This document shows, in pieces, positions 38,543 to 46,648 of a stretch of DNA of 64,000 nucleotides. Source of the stretch: an uncultured delta proteobacterium. Its GTDB lineage: Bacteria > Desulfobacterota > Binatia > UBA9968. The stretch lies in NCBI GenBank assembly GCA_963840855.1, contig CAWJBB010000039.1, positions 60,517 through 124,516 on the forward strand, written 5' to 3'. Position 1 is the first letter of the stretch. Each line of letters begins with the position of its first letter. A program made the position numbers and the translations under genes. Below the pieces are notes generated by a model that had not been told where the DNA came from, made no database searches, and saw nothing but the letters and a program-made list of their open reading frames with translations.

Positions 38543-39361
38543 TTAGATCTCCTCAGGCGCCCCGAGGCCCTGATGCTCTTGCTTTCTGTCGCGGTCCACC
38601 AGCGCAGCTTTCGCGCGGTTCACCATCTTGCGCTCGGTGGCGAATCTGAGATTTCGCAGCGCTTCGTCAATTGGGAACCAGCGCGCTTCATCGACTTCAT
38701 GGTCATGATCGCGCACGTCGCCGCGCAGATAGCGGACCAGGTAAAAATGAACCCGTTTGTGTATCTTGACCTCTTCTTGGCCGGCTCGTCTTTCACGGTA
38801 GGAATAGCGGATCTCACCGAGCTTTCTCGCCACCCGTCCCTCCAGACCGGTCTCTTCGCGCACCTCGCGCAACGCAGCCTGGTCGGCGCTTTCACCGGCT
38901 TCGACATGCCCCTTCGGCAATCCCCAGCGGCGCCGCACATGAATCAGCGCCACCTCGACGCCGCCGCCTTGCCTGCGATATACCACTCCCCCCGCGGAAA
39001 CCTCGTGCGTCTCGCGCACGCTTCCGTCCGGCCGCGGCGCTGCCGTCGCAGTTTGCTCCCCCAACCAGTTCAGATAGGGCTCGCTACCGGCGATGATCGG
39101 CAGCGCAATGATTTCCGGAACCGTGTAGCTGTGCAGCTCGCGCACGCGCTTTTCCAGCGCAGGGACAAGAGTTTTTCTCGTCTTGATCACGAGCAGTTCT
39201 TCGGCGCTCTGCTCCACTTTGCCTTCCCAGCGATAGACGGACTGGACGGACGGGAGCCGGTTTACGCAGGCTGCGAGCCGCTCTTCCACGAGCGCCCGGG
39301 CTAAACGATCCCCTTCGGCGGCCGAACTGACCGTCACAAAAATTACCAGAAAGTCTCGCAC
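38543..39361 (-). CDS. cutA: CutA (PII-like) fused to a NUDIX hydrolase
   Basis: [11 protein letters not shown]...SVYRWEG...HSYTVPEII...YLNW, then SAGGVV...[27 protein letters not shown]; start GTG 39361 or TTG 39370. Confidence 0.85.
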   Translation of the reverse strand: MRDFLVIFVTVSSAAEGDRLARALVEERLAACVNRLPSVQSVYRWEGKVEQSAEELLVIKTRKTLVPALEKRVRELHSYTVPEIIALPIIAGSEPYLNWLGEQTATAAPRPDGSVRETHEVSAGGVVYRRQGGGVEVALIHVRRRWGLPKGHVEAGESADQAALREVREETGLEGRVARKLGEIRYSYRERRAGQEEVKIHKRVHFYLVRYLRGDVRDHDHEVDEARWFPIDEALRNLRFATERKMVNRAKAALVDRDRKQEHQGLGAPEEI

Positions 39362-39410
39362 TGGAGCCAATATTACAACCGGCTTTCCCAGTCAGTCAAT
39401 CAGTAAACCC

Positions 39411-39511
39411 AGGCGGGAGGCGGAAGGCGTGAGCCGCGAGCCGAACAATTTTCTATTCCGTACCGATACGCCTGCTATTTTCTCACGCCTCGCGCCTCTA
39501 GCCTCATGCCT
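39411..39511. repeat. Heptamer-period inverted-arm element (AGGCGNN / NNCGCCT)
   Basis: AGGCGGG AGGCGGA AGGCGTG AGCCGCG AGCCG ... CTCACGC CTCGCGC CTCTAGC CTCATGC CT. Confidence 0.75.
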
Positions 39512-39561
39512 ACTTCTATTGCCTGTTGCTTAACGCCGCACGGCTCAGCTAGCCTGAGACC

Positions 39562-40272
39562 GTGAAGACCAAAGATGCCATCCGAAAAGCAATCTGGGCA
39601 TTGCTTCAGAGAAATAAAGTGGCGCGTTTCCCCGGCGCCGAGGGACGGATTCCCAATTTCATCGGCGCCGAAGCCTGCGCGCGCCGCTTGGCCGAAGCCG
39701 CATGGTGGCAAAAATCCAAGGTTATCAAGATCAATCCGGATTCGCCGCAGCGGGCGATCCGCCAGCGAGCGCTGGCCGAAGGCAAAATTATCTACATGCC
39801 GGTGCCCCGGCTGCGCGCAGATGAGCCCTTTATTGAATTAGACCCAAAAAAGCTCAGCTGCTCGCCCCACGCGGCATCATCGATCAAAGGCGCCGCGCAA
39901 TACGGACGCCCCGTCTCGCTCGATGAAGTGAAAAAGATCGATCTCATCATCTGCGGTTCCGTAGCCGTGAACCGAAAAGGCGCCCGGGTCGGCAAAGGCG
40001 GCGGCTATTCCGATTTGGAATTTGCCCTTCTGACTGAAGAAAAAAAGATCGGCCCGAGCACCCCTATCGTCACCTCCGTCCACCCGCTGCAAATTGTTGA
40101 AGACGAGATTCCCATGACCGAGCACGACATCCCGCTTACCGCCATCGTCACGCCGGCGGAAATTATCGATATCAGGTCCCCCTTCAAGCGGCCCAAAGGA
40201 ATCTCCTGGCAGATGCTGCCCGATGAAAAGATCGATGCCATCCCGGCGCTTCAAAGCCGGCGACCAGGGTAA
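39562..40272 (+). CDS. 5-formyltetrahydrofolate cyclo-ligase family, MTHFSD-like subtype
   Basis: GRIPNFIGAE, KINPDSPQ, VPRLR, RVGKGGGYSDLE, VHPLQ, HDIP. Confidence 0.85.
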   Translation: MKTKDAIRKAIWALLQRNKVARFPGAEGRIPNFIGAEACARRLAEAAWWQKSKVIKINPDSPQRAIRQRALAEGKIIYMPVPRLRADEPFIELDPKKLSCSPHAASSIKGAAQYGRPVSLDEVKKIDLIICGSVAVNRKGARVGKGGGYSDLEFALLTEEKKIGPSTPIVTSVHPLQIVEDEIPMTEHDIPLTAIVTPAEIIDIRSPFKRPKGISWQMLPDEKIDAIPALQSRRPG

Positions 40273-40355
40273 GTCAACGATTTAACGGCGTGCATGGAAG
40301 CGTTATTGAAGCCCCCCAATAGATGTGTTAGCTAAACCCATTCGAGGAAATTAGC

Positions 40356-40742
40356 ATGGCAACGGCAAAGATCGATTTTGGAAAAAGCAACGGCCTCGTG
40401 CCGGTGATCGTGCAGGATTATCAATCGCGCGAAGTGCTTATGGTCGCCTACATGAACGAAGAGGCATGGGAGAAAACAAAGGAAACCGGCAAAGCCCATT
40501 ACTACAGCCGTTCGCGCAAAGGGCTGTGGTTCAAAGGCGAGGAATCAGGCAATTTTCAGGAAGTTAAAGACGTCTTCATCGACTGCGATAACGACACCAT
40601 CTTGCTTCAAGTCAACCAGATTGGCGGGGCTGCTTGCCACGAAGGTTACCGCAGCTGCTTTTTCCGTATGGAAAACAATGGCGAGTGGAAGGTCATTGCC
40701 GAGCGAGTTTTCGACCCGCAGGAGGTTTACAAGAAGTCGTAG
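40356..40742 (+). CDS. hisI: Phosphoribosyl-AMP cyclohydrolase
   Basis: [29 protein letters not shown]. Confidence 0.96.
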   Translation: MATAKIDFGKSNGLVPVIVQDYQSREVLMVAYMNEEAWEKTKETGKAHYYSRSRKGLWFKGEESGNFQEVKDVFIDCDNDTILLQVNQIGGAACHEGYRSCFFRMENNGEWKVIAERVFDPQEVYKKS

Positions 40743-40750
40743 TGACGGCG

Positions 40751-40786
40751 GTTCAAAAGTTCAATGGTCAACGTTCAAAGGTTCGA
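40751..40786. repeat. Degenerate single-arm GTTCAA array
   Basis: GTTCAAAAGTTCAATGGTCAACGTTCAAAGGTTCGA between hisI and hisG. Confidence 0.7.
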
Positions 40787-40792
40787 GAGATA

Positions 40793-41698
40793 ATGGCAGC
40801 CAAACAAGACAAAGAGTTAAAGTTAGGAATTCCCAAAGGGAGTCTCGAGGCCATGACCATCGAGCTCTTCAAAAAATCGGGCTGGAAAATATCCACCAGC
40901 AGCCGCAGCTATTTCCCGTCCATCGATGACACAACTGTGCGCTGCAGCCTGGCGCGCCCTCAAGAGATGTCGCGCTACGTCGAAATGGGCACGTTGGATG
41001 TGGCGATCACCGGTAAAGACTGGACCATCGAGAACAGCTCCGATGTCCAGCTCGTTTGCGAGATGATTTACTCGAAGACCAGCTTCAAACCCACCCGGTG
41101 GGTGCTGGCAGTGCCACAGGATTCGTCCATCACCAAGATCGAAGATCTAAAGGGCAAAAGAATCTCTTCGGAAATGGTCAACTTCACCAAGCGCTACTTC
41201 GCCGAAAGGAAAATTGCCGTGGAAGTGGAATTCTCCTGGGGCGCCACCGAAGCGAAGGCGGCCGAGGGACTGGTCGACGCCATCGTCGAAGTAACCGAAA
41301 CTGGCAGCACCATTCGCGCGCACGGATTAAAAATCATTCACGAGCTGATGGAATCTTGTCCCGTGCTGATCGCCAACAAACAAGCTTGGCAGGACCCCTG
41401 GAAGCGGGAAAAGATCGAGCAAATCCGGTTGTTACTTCAAGGCGCGCTGTCGGCGGAAAACAAAGTCGGAATCAAACTCAATGTTGCCGAGGTGGATCTC
41501 GAAAAGATCATCGCGCTCATTCCGAGCATCACCGCGCCAACGGTGGCGCCGCTGCATCCCACGGCGAACCTCAAAGGGGTGAAATGGTACTCCGTCGAAA
41601 GCGTGCTGGAAGAAGCCAAAGTCCGGGATTTGATCCCGCAGTTGATTCAAAACGGCGCGGTGGGAATTATCGAGTATCCGCTCAACAAAGTCATCTAG
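40793..41698 (+). CDS. hisG: ATP phosphoribosyltransferase, long form
   Basis: [33 protein letters not shown]-terminal regulatory domain. Confidence 0.96.
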   Translation: MAAKQDKELKLGIPKGSLEAMTIELFKKSGWKISTSSRSYFPSIDDTTVRCSLARPQEMSRYVEMGTLDVAITGKDWTIENSSDVQLVCEMIYSKTSFKPTRWVLAVPQDSSITKIEDLKGKRISSEMVNFTKRYFAERKIAVEVEFSWGATEAKAAEGLVDAIVEVTETGSTIRAHGLKIIHELMESCPVLIANKQAWQDPWKREKIEQIRLLLQGALSAENKVGIKLNVAEVDLEKIIALIPSITAPTVAPLHPTANLKGVKWYSVESVLEEAKVRDLIPQLIQNGAVGIIEYPLNKVI

Positions 41699-41701
41699 AT
41701 G

Positions 41702-41730
41702 GTAAGGGCGCAGCATGCTGCGCCCCCTAC
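41702..41730. repeat. GTAG-type REP palindrome
   Basis: Minus strand GTAGGGGGCGCAGCATGCTGCGCCCTTAC between convergent genes. Confidence 0.75.
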
Positions 41731-41738
41731 AGCGTCGT

Positions 41739-43076
41739 CTACTGTTCCCGATGAAGAAAATATTCCTTGGCGATTTCCGGAAACAGCGCGTAGGAAAGCA
41801 CGTCCTCTTCGCTGGTGGCGAGGCTGCCAGCATCCATGCGCGCTTGATCGAGACCGGGCTTTAAGAGGTCGGCGGGTCGGCAGGTGATCGGTTCTTTCTT
41901 GCCAAGAATCATCTTTTTGATCTCGTCGCTCACGGGAGCCGGCGGTTCTCCATATAGACCCATGATGTAATTGCGCGTCTCCATGGCGACGACGGAGTAG
42001 CGTTTTCCCGTCATGACATTTAAAGCCGCCTGCGAGCCCACGATCTGACTGGTCGGCGTGACCAAGGGCGGATAACCCAAATCCTTGCGCACATGCGGCA
42101 TCTCGGCCAGCACCGCATCGAGTTTGTCTTCCGCTTTCTGCTGGCGCAACTGGGCGACGAGATTGGAAAGCATTCCCCCCGGAATCTGCGAGGTTAAAAC
42201 ATCGGTCTTGATTTGATTGTTGACCGGGCTTTCAAATTCGGCATAATTTCGCCGCACGCCATAAAAGTAATCGGCGATTTTGCCCAGCTTGCCAAGATCC
42301 AAGCCGGTATCATAGGGAGTGTCTTTGAGCGCCGCAACCACCTGCTCGGTCGCCGGTTGCGAGGTCCCCTGGGAAAACGGCGCGATGGCCGTGTCCAGGA
42401 TATCGGCGCCTGCTTCGATGGCCATCATATAACTCATGGGCGCCAACCCCGCGGTGCAATGCGAATGAAGATGAAGCGGCAGAGCAATGCGCGATTTGAT
42501 TTTTTCAATAATCTCGTGGGCGGCGTAAGGGCCGAGCATCCCGGCCATGTCTTTAAGACAAATGAGTTGCACGCCCATCTCCGCAAGTTTCTCGGCGATG
42601 CGCAGGAAATAATCCGCGGAGTGAACCGGGCTAATCGTATAACAAACCGCTCCTTCCACCAGTTTGCCGGTTTTGAGCGCGGCCTCGATGGCCGTCTTCA
42701 TGTTGCGGATATCGTTCATGGCGTCGAAGATCCGGAAAACGTCTATGCCGTTGGCCGCCGCGCGCGTCACGAAGGCCTGCACGATATCATCGGGATAGTT
42801 TTTGTATCCGACCACATTTTGCCCGCGCATCAGCATTTGCAAGCGGGTTTTCGGCATCGCCGCGCGCAACTTGCGCAGCCGCTCCCAGGGGCATTCCTTC
42901 AAATAGCGCAAAGTCGCGTCAAACGTTGCGCCGCCCCAAGCTTCCATCGACCAGTAACCGATATCGTCGAGGTGGGCGGCGATCGGCAACATGTCTTCAG
43001 TTCGCATGCGCGTCGCTACTAAACACTGATGCGCGTCGCGCAGAACGGTTTCCATGATTTCGATTTTGTGCGCCAT
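41739..43076 (-). CDS. Pyruvate/oxaloacetate carboxyltransferase (PycB/OadA/5S-like) without biotinyl domain
   Basis: LRDAHQC..ATRM, WGGATFD, RGQN, KDMAG, HSH, QIPGGMLSN, VTPTSQIVG; no AMKM domain. Confidence 0.9.
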   Translation of the reverse strand: MAHKIEIMETVLRDAHQCLVATRMRTEDMLPIAAHLDDIGYWSMEAWGGATFDATLRYLKECPWERLRKLRAAMPKTRLQMLMRGQNVVGYKNYPDDIVQAFVTRAAANGIDVFRIFDAMNDIRNMKTAIEAALKTGKLVEGAVCYTISPVHSADYFLRIAEKLAEMGVQLICLKDMAGMLGPYAAHEIIEKIKSRIALPLHLHSHCTAGLAPMSYMMAIEAGADILDTAIAPFSQGTSQPATEQVVAALKDTPYDTGLDLGKLGKIADYFYGVRRNYAEFESPVNNQIKTDVLTSQIPGGMLSNLVAQLRQQKAEDKLDAVLAEMPHVRKDLGYPPLVTPTSQIVGSQAALNVMTGKRYSVVAMETRNYIMGLYGEPPAPVSDEIKKMILGKKEPITCRPADLLKPGLDQARMDAGSLATSEEDVLSYALFPEIAKEYFLHREQ

Positions 43077-43102
43077 ATAGAAACTGCCGTCCCGGTGATC
43101 GG

Positions 43103-43651
43103 CTATTCGTAGAGCTCGCTTTGTTTCTCTTCGAGCCGTGCTTTTTCCTCGGTATCGATCACGTACACGCCGTTGACCTGTTTAACTTTCGTGGAGTCGT
43201 AAAAAAACTCCGACCTGGTCACCCCATCCTCGAACTCATACATCTTGATGGCATCCCACGGACAAATTTTCTTGTCCAGCCGATCTTCGGATTCCGTGCC
43301 GATGAGCTGAAGCTGAAAGCGCTTCGGTATCTTATCCGGCGCCACGGGTTTCCGGTCGCTGTCATAAAACCGGTTCGCGTATTCAAAGAAAATCTCGCCG
43401 GTTTCCTTGTGCTCGTGGATCTTGGTGAGATCTTCGCTATAGCACATCTGGCAGCCAATGCATTTGTCGTTATCGACGAACACACGGTAAGGTTTGAGCC
43501 CGCCGCCGGGCAGCTCTTCATATAGCAAATTGATGCAATCGTCCACTGGGCAATGGGCTTCACAGATCGGCGAGCCGGCGCAGCTTGAACAGTTTTCGTC
43601 CATCACGGCCAAGAGAGCCGTTCCTTTGCGTTTCTTAGCGGCTTCAGCCAT
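43103..43651 (-). CDS. Dicluster 4Fe-4S ferredoxin-like protein with a large insertion
   Basis: CSSCAGSPICEAHCP and CIGCQMC-(59 aa)-CPWDAI. Confidence 0.8.
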   Translation of the reverse strand: MAEAAKKRKGTALLAVMDENCSSCAGSPICEAHCPVDDCINLLYEELPGGGLKPYRVFVDNDKCIGCQMCYSEDLTKIHEHKETGEIFFEYANRFYDSDRKPVAPDKIPKRFQLQLIGTESEDRLDKKICPWDAIKMYEFEDGVTRSEFFYDSTKVKQVNGVYVIDTEEKARLEEKQSELYE

Positions 43652-44465
43652 TGGTCTGCGTCCTCGCTTTCATGAACCGCCCTTTAACAAAAAACCCTAG
43701 CGCAAACAAAAACAGTACCCACCAATAACGGATCAGGCCGATGCGGCCCCACTGCAACCAGTAAACGAAATTCGGCGACTGGGCGTTTAACCGGCTCAGC
43801 ACCCGTTGGGCGCCCGCGTAGTCGCGGGTTTTTTCCAGAACCTGGGCCAGTCCTTGAAGCGCGCCATGGTCCCCCGGCTTGATCTCAAGTGCCTGGTCGA
43901 AATCGCGCCGGGCATCTTGCCATTTTTCCTGCTCGACGTAGACCCAACCCCGATTGCTCAGCGCTTCCACATAGTCGGCGCGCTGTCCTAACGCCCGGTT
44001 ATAACTCTCCAACGCCTTGTCGAGGGCGCCTTTATTCTTGTAGGCGACACCCAAATTAACATGGGCCTGCGGGGAATCGGGTTTGAGCTCGACGACCTTA
44101 GCGTATTGTTGAATCGCGCCGTCGATATTGCCTCGAATCTCCAGCTCGAACCACGCCAATAGAGTACGCGCTTCGACGTGGTGAGGGTCTAAATCAATCG
44201 CCCGCTTGATGGCAACGACGGCGGCATCCGGGTGACGCAAGCGCAGCTGGGTGATCCCCAAGAACAAATGCAGATCCGGCTCTTCGGGATATTTCGCCAG
44301 CAATTCCTCGAAAGCCGCCTTGGCTCCCGCGGCATTGCCCTCGGCTAAAAATTTCCGCGCCTCTCCCCAACGCGCTTCTTGGGCCAATGACGAGCTGCCA
44401 TCGGCGGCAACGGAAAAACTCGTCCCAGTGAGGACGGCCAAGACCGCTAGCCAGACCCACAGCAT
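43644..44465 (-). CDS. Exported TPR protein with C-terminal membrane anchor
   Basis: Signal peptide; several TPR units (AHVNLGVAY, ALSNRGWVY); hydrophobic WWVLFLFALGFF tail. Confidence 0.85.
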   Translation of the reverse strand: MLWVWLAVLAVLTGTSFSVAADGSSSLAQEARWGEARKFLAEGNAAGAKAAFEELLAKYPEEPDLHLFLGITQLRLRHPDAAVVAIKRAIDLDPHHVEARTLLAWFELEIRGNIDGAIQQYAKVVELKPDSPQAHVNLGVAYKNKGALDKALESYNRALGQRADYVEALSNRGWVYVEQEKWQDARRDFDQALEIKPGDHGALQGLAQVLEKTRDYAGAQRVLSRLNAQSPNFVYWLQWGRIGLIRYWWVLFLFALGFFVKGRFMKARTQTNG

Positions 44466-44468
44466 CAA

Positions 44469-44654
44469 CTACTTCCACATCTCTTTGGGAATTTCGTCTT
44501 CTTTGCCTTCTTCGATGAGTTTGTCGTGTTTGAAGGCTTCCCGCAAGCCGAGCCAGGTAAAGAAAATCACCAGAATCAACATCGCCACGATCGGGATGTT
44601 GTCGGGCTTGGTCACGATTTCGAGAAAATTATGCCACCCGCTGGGTTCTTCCAT
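44469..44654 (-). CDS. 61-aa single-TM membrane protein
   Basis: IVTKPDNIPIVAMLILVIFFTWLGLREA; abuts the TPR gene; promoter upstream. Confidence 0.75.
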   Translation of the reverse strand: MEEPSGWHNFLEIVTKPDNIPIVAMLILVIFFTWLGLREAFKHDKLIEEGKEDEIPKEMWK

Positions 44655-44689
44655 AAATGTTAAGCATCCGTAAAATAAAGATAATTAAA

Positions 44690-44749
44690 AAAATAATAGA
44701 AATAATTTTCAATGTCAACGCGACCCCTGATTTGCCCATGGCAAATCAG
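44690..44749 (-). promoter_or_regulatory. Candidate sigma70 promoter with upstream palindrome
   Basis: TTGACA (44718-44713)-N17-TATTTT; CTGATTTGCC-CAT-GGCAAATCAG at 44727-44749. Confidence 0.55.
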
Positions 44750-44828
44750 TTCAAAGTTCCACGTTCAATGTTCAAAGTTCGGCGGGTCCAACTCTGGACG
44801 TTGAACTTTGAACGTTGAACCTTGAACC
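44749..44828. repeat. GTTCAA/TTGAAC heptamer inverted-arm element
   Basis: GTTCAAAGTTCCACGTTCAATGTTCAAAGTTCGG ... CTGGACGTTGAACTTTGAACGTTGAACCTTGAACC. Confidence 0.88.
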
Positions 44829-44918
44829 TGGCAGGTTCCGGCTGATCTGACTGATCGATACATTAACAACGTGGATTTTACGCAAATTATTCAAGCTAAT
44901 GCCGCTCATCTCATTTTT

Positions 44919-46502
44919 TTAATGTTGCGCGTGGCCGCGGCCATGTTCAGTGTGGCGGAAGATCAGCGATTTGATCACCACCGGCACCGCTTTGGCATCC
45001 GGCAACTCTTGGCCGATGTCGATGAAGTCGAAATCTTTTAGATCGATGCCATCGATGGAGACAATGCCGGCGCCGGGAATCAGCTCCCGTTCGATAATAT
45101 TGCCCATCAGCTTGGCGATGTCGGCGTCAAAGACGAGCACCAGGGGCTGTCCCTGGTCAACATGATCTTTCATGGCGCTTACCAATCCTTCCGCCAGAGT
45201 GCGGATCAAAGGATAGGAAGGTCCTAGCTCCCAATGAATCGCCAACGCCGCGGCGCGGTCTCCCCCGATGGCGTCGCCACGCTGCAAAGCTTTTTCAACC
45301 GCGGCTTTGATGTCGCCCGCCGTGATCGATTCCTTCTGCTCAAATTGCGGGGTGATAACTTGGAGATTGCGCAGCGGCAGCATCTCCGGATGGGACAAGT
45401 AAATGGTGTTGCCGCTAACTTGCACCGTGTACTGCGAAGCCCCGATCACCGTGGCGCGGATGCGCACTTCGGCGGGCCTGAGCGGGATGTTGCCGCCGCC
45501 AAGTTTGTTTACCCGCTCGCGCACTTTGCGTCCGAGCTGGCCACCCAGGTCGCCGAGGTTGCGCTTCTCGTATCCATAGACGTATTCGGAGACGCCGCCG
45601 GAGAACATCACCGCATTGACAGGGTCGGCAAATTCGATATTCGGCGTCAATAGCAAATCCTCCACCCGCGCCGACAGCTTTCGCCGCTCGAGTACTTCGA
45701 AAAGCGATTCGCACAGCGCGGTAGAAAATTTATCCTTGTCGTCGTCGCTCATCGTGCCGCCCAACTTGAGATCTATGCCGGCCATTTTCGCGAACTTGAG
45801 CGCCGTGTCTTCAAGCCGGTTGATTTTGCCGTCTTCGTCCATCGCTACCAGACGGGCGCCCACTTCCACGGCGCAGGTATCGATAACCCTCCCGCCTCGA
45901 ACGATGGCGATCTTGCTGGTGCCGCCGCCGACGTCCACGTTCATTACGGTAAAATCGCCGCCTTCATGGTAAGTCATATGGACGGCGCCGGAGCCGTAGG
46001 ACGCCAGAATCGCTTCTAGGTTATGCCCAGCCGTGGCACAGACGAATTTGCCCGCCTGCGCCGAGAACAGCGCCGAAATGGCTTCGGCGTTTTTCTTCTT
46101 TGTGGCCTCGCCGGTAACGATGAGCGCGCCGGTGTCGATATCACTTGGCGTCACCCCCGCATTGCGATAGGCCTGTTCAATGAAATCACCGAGCTTTGCC
46201 GTGTCGATGGTGGTCTTATCGAGATAGGGGGTGAGCAAGATCGGCGACTCGTGGATGATCTCGCGATTGACGACCACGAAGCGGCTGGAAAGCGCGATGC
46301 CCTGGCGCCGCAAGGTCAAACGGGAAAATATCAAATGCGAAGTAGAGGAACCAACATCGATGCCCACGGAAGTAAGGGTAATCCGTTCCGAGCGCCACAT
46401 CGGGTGCTCTTCGTCCATCTCCATTCCACCATCTTCGTCCTCGCCAAATTCGTCTTCGTGACCTTCATGCAGGTCCAGGGGTTGATCCTGTAAGTTGTCC
46501 AT
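44919..46502 (-). CDS. eutA: EutA-like reactivase (ASKHA ATPase)
   Basis: SVGIDVGSSTS, SPILLTP, GALIVTGE, FVCATAGHNLE, NVDVGGGTS, IRATVIGA, DFIDIG, VPVVIKSL. Confidence 0.85.
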   Translation of the reverse strand: MDNLQDQPLDLHEGHEDEFGEDEDGGMEMDEEHPMWRSERITLTSVGIDVGSSTSHLIFSRLTLRRQGIALSSRFVVVNREIIHESPILLTPYLDKTTIDTAKLGDFIEQAYRNAGVTPSDIDTGALIVTGEATKKKNAEAISALFSAQAGKFVCATAGHNLEAILASYGSGAVHMTYHEGGDFTVMNVDVGGGTSKIAIVRGGRVIDTCAVEVGARLVAMDEDGKINRLEDTALKFAKMAGIDLKLGGTMSDDDKDKFSTALCESLFEVLERRKLSARVEDLLLTPNIEFADPVNAVMFSGGVSEYVYGYEKRNLGDLGGQLGRKVRERVNKLGGGNIPLRPAEVRIRATVIGASQYTVQVSGNTIYLSHPEMLPLRNLQVITPQFEQKESITAGDIKAAVEKALQRGDAIGGDRAAALAIHWELGPSYPLIRTLAEGLVSAMKDHVDQGQPLVLVFDADIAKLMGNIIERELIPGAGIVSIDGIDLKDFDFIDIGQELPDAKAVPVVIKSLIFRHTEHGRGHAQH

Positions 46503-46648
46503 GCTTCCGGGTAAATCCTTTCTCTTTTACTTTCGCGGATCAAAATTGCATAACACATCAATACACCTGTTGCCACCCGCCGAAACGCCAGTCCGTCAGA
46601 GGATAGACAAGTCGTTTCATAAGGGTTAGGATAACCGGGTTTGCAGCC

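Noticed and set aside
40634-40792. N-terminal extension of HisG overlapping hisI
   Set aside because: Read-through of hisI and the repeat array; HisG motifs start after ATG 40793.
46503-46648. Cobalamin riboswitch upstream of the eutA-like gene
   Set aside because: No B12 box or conserved core visible; the region is short and shared with a divergent operon.
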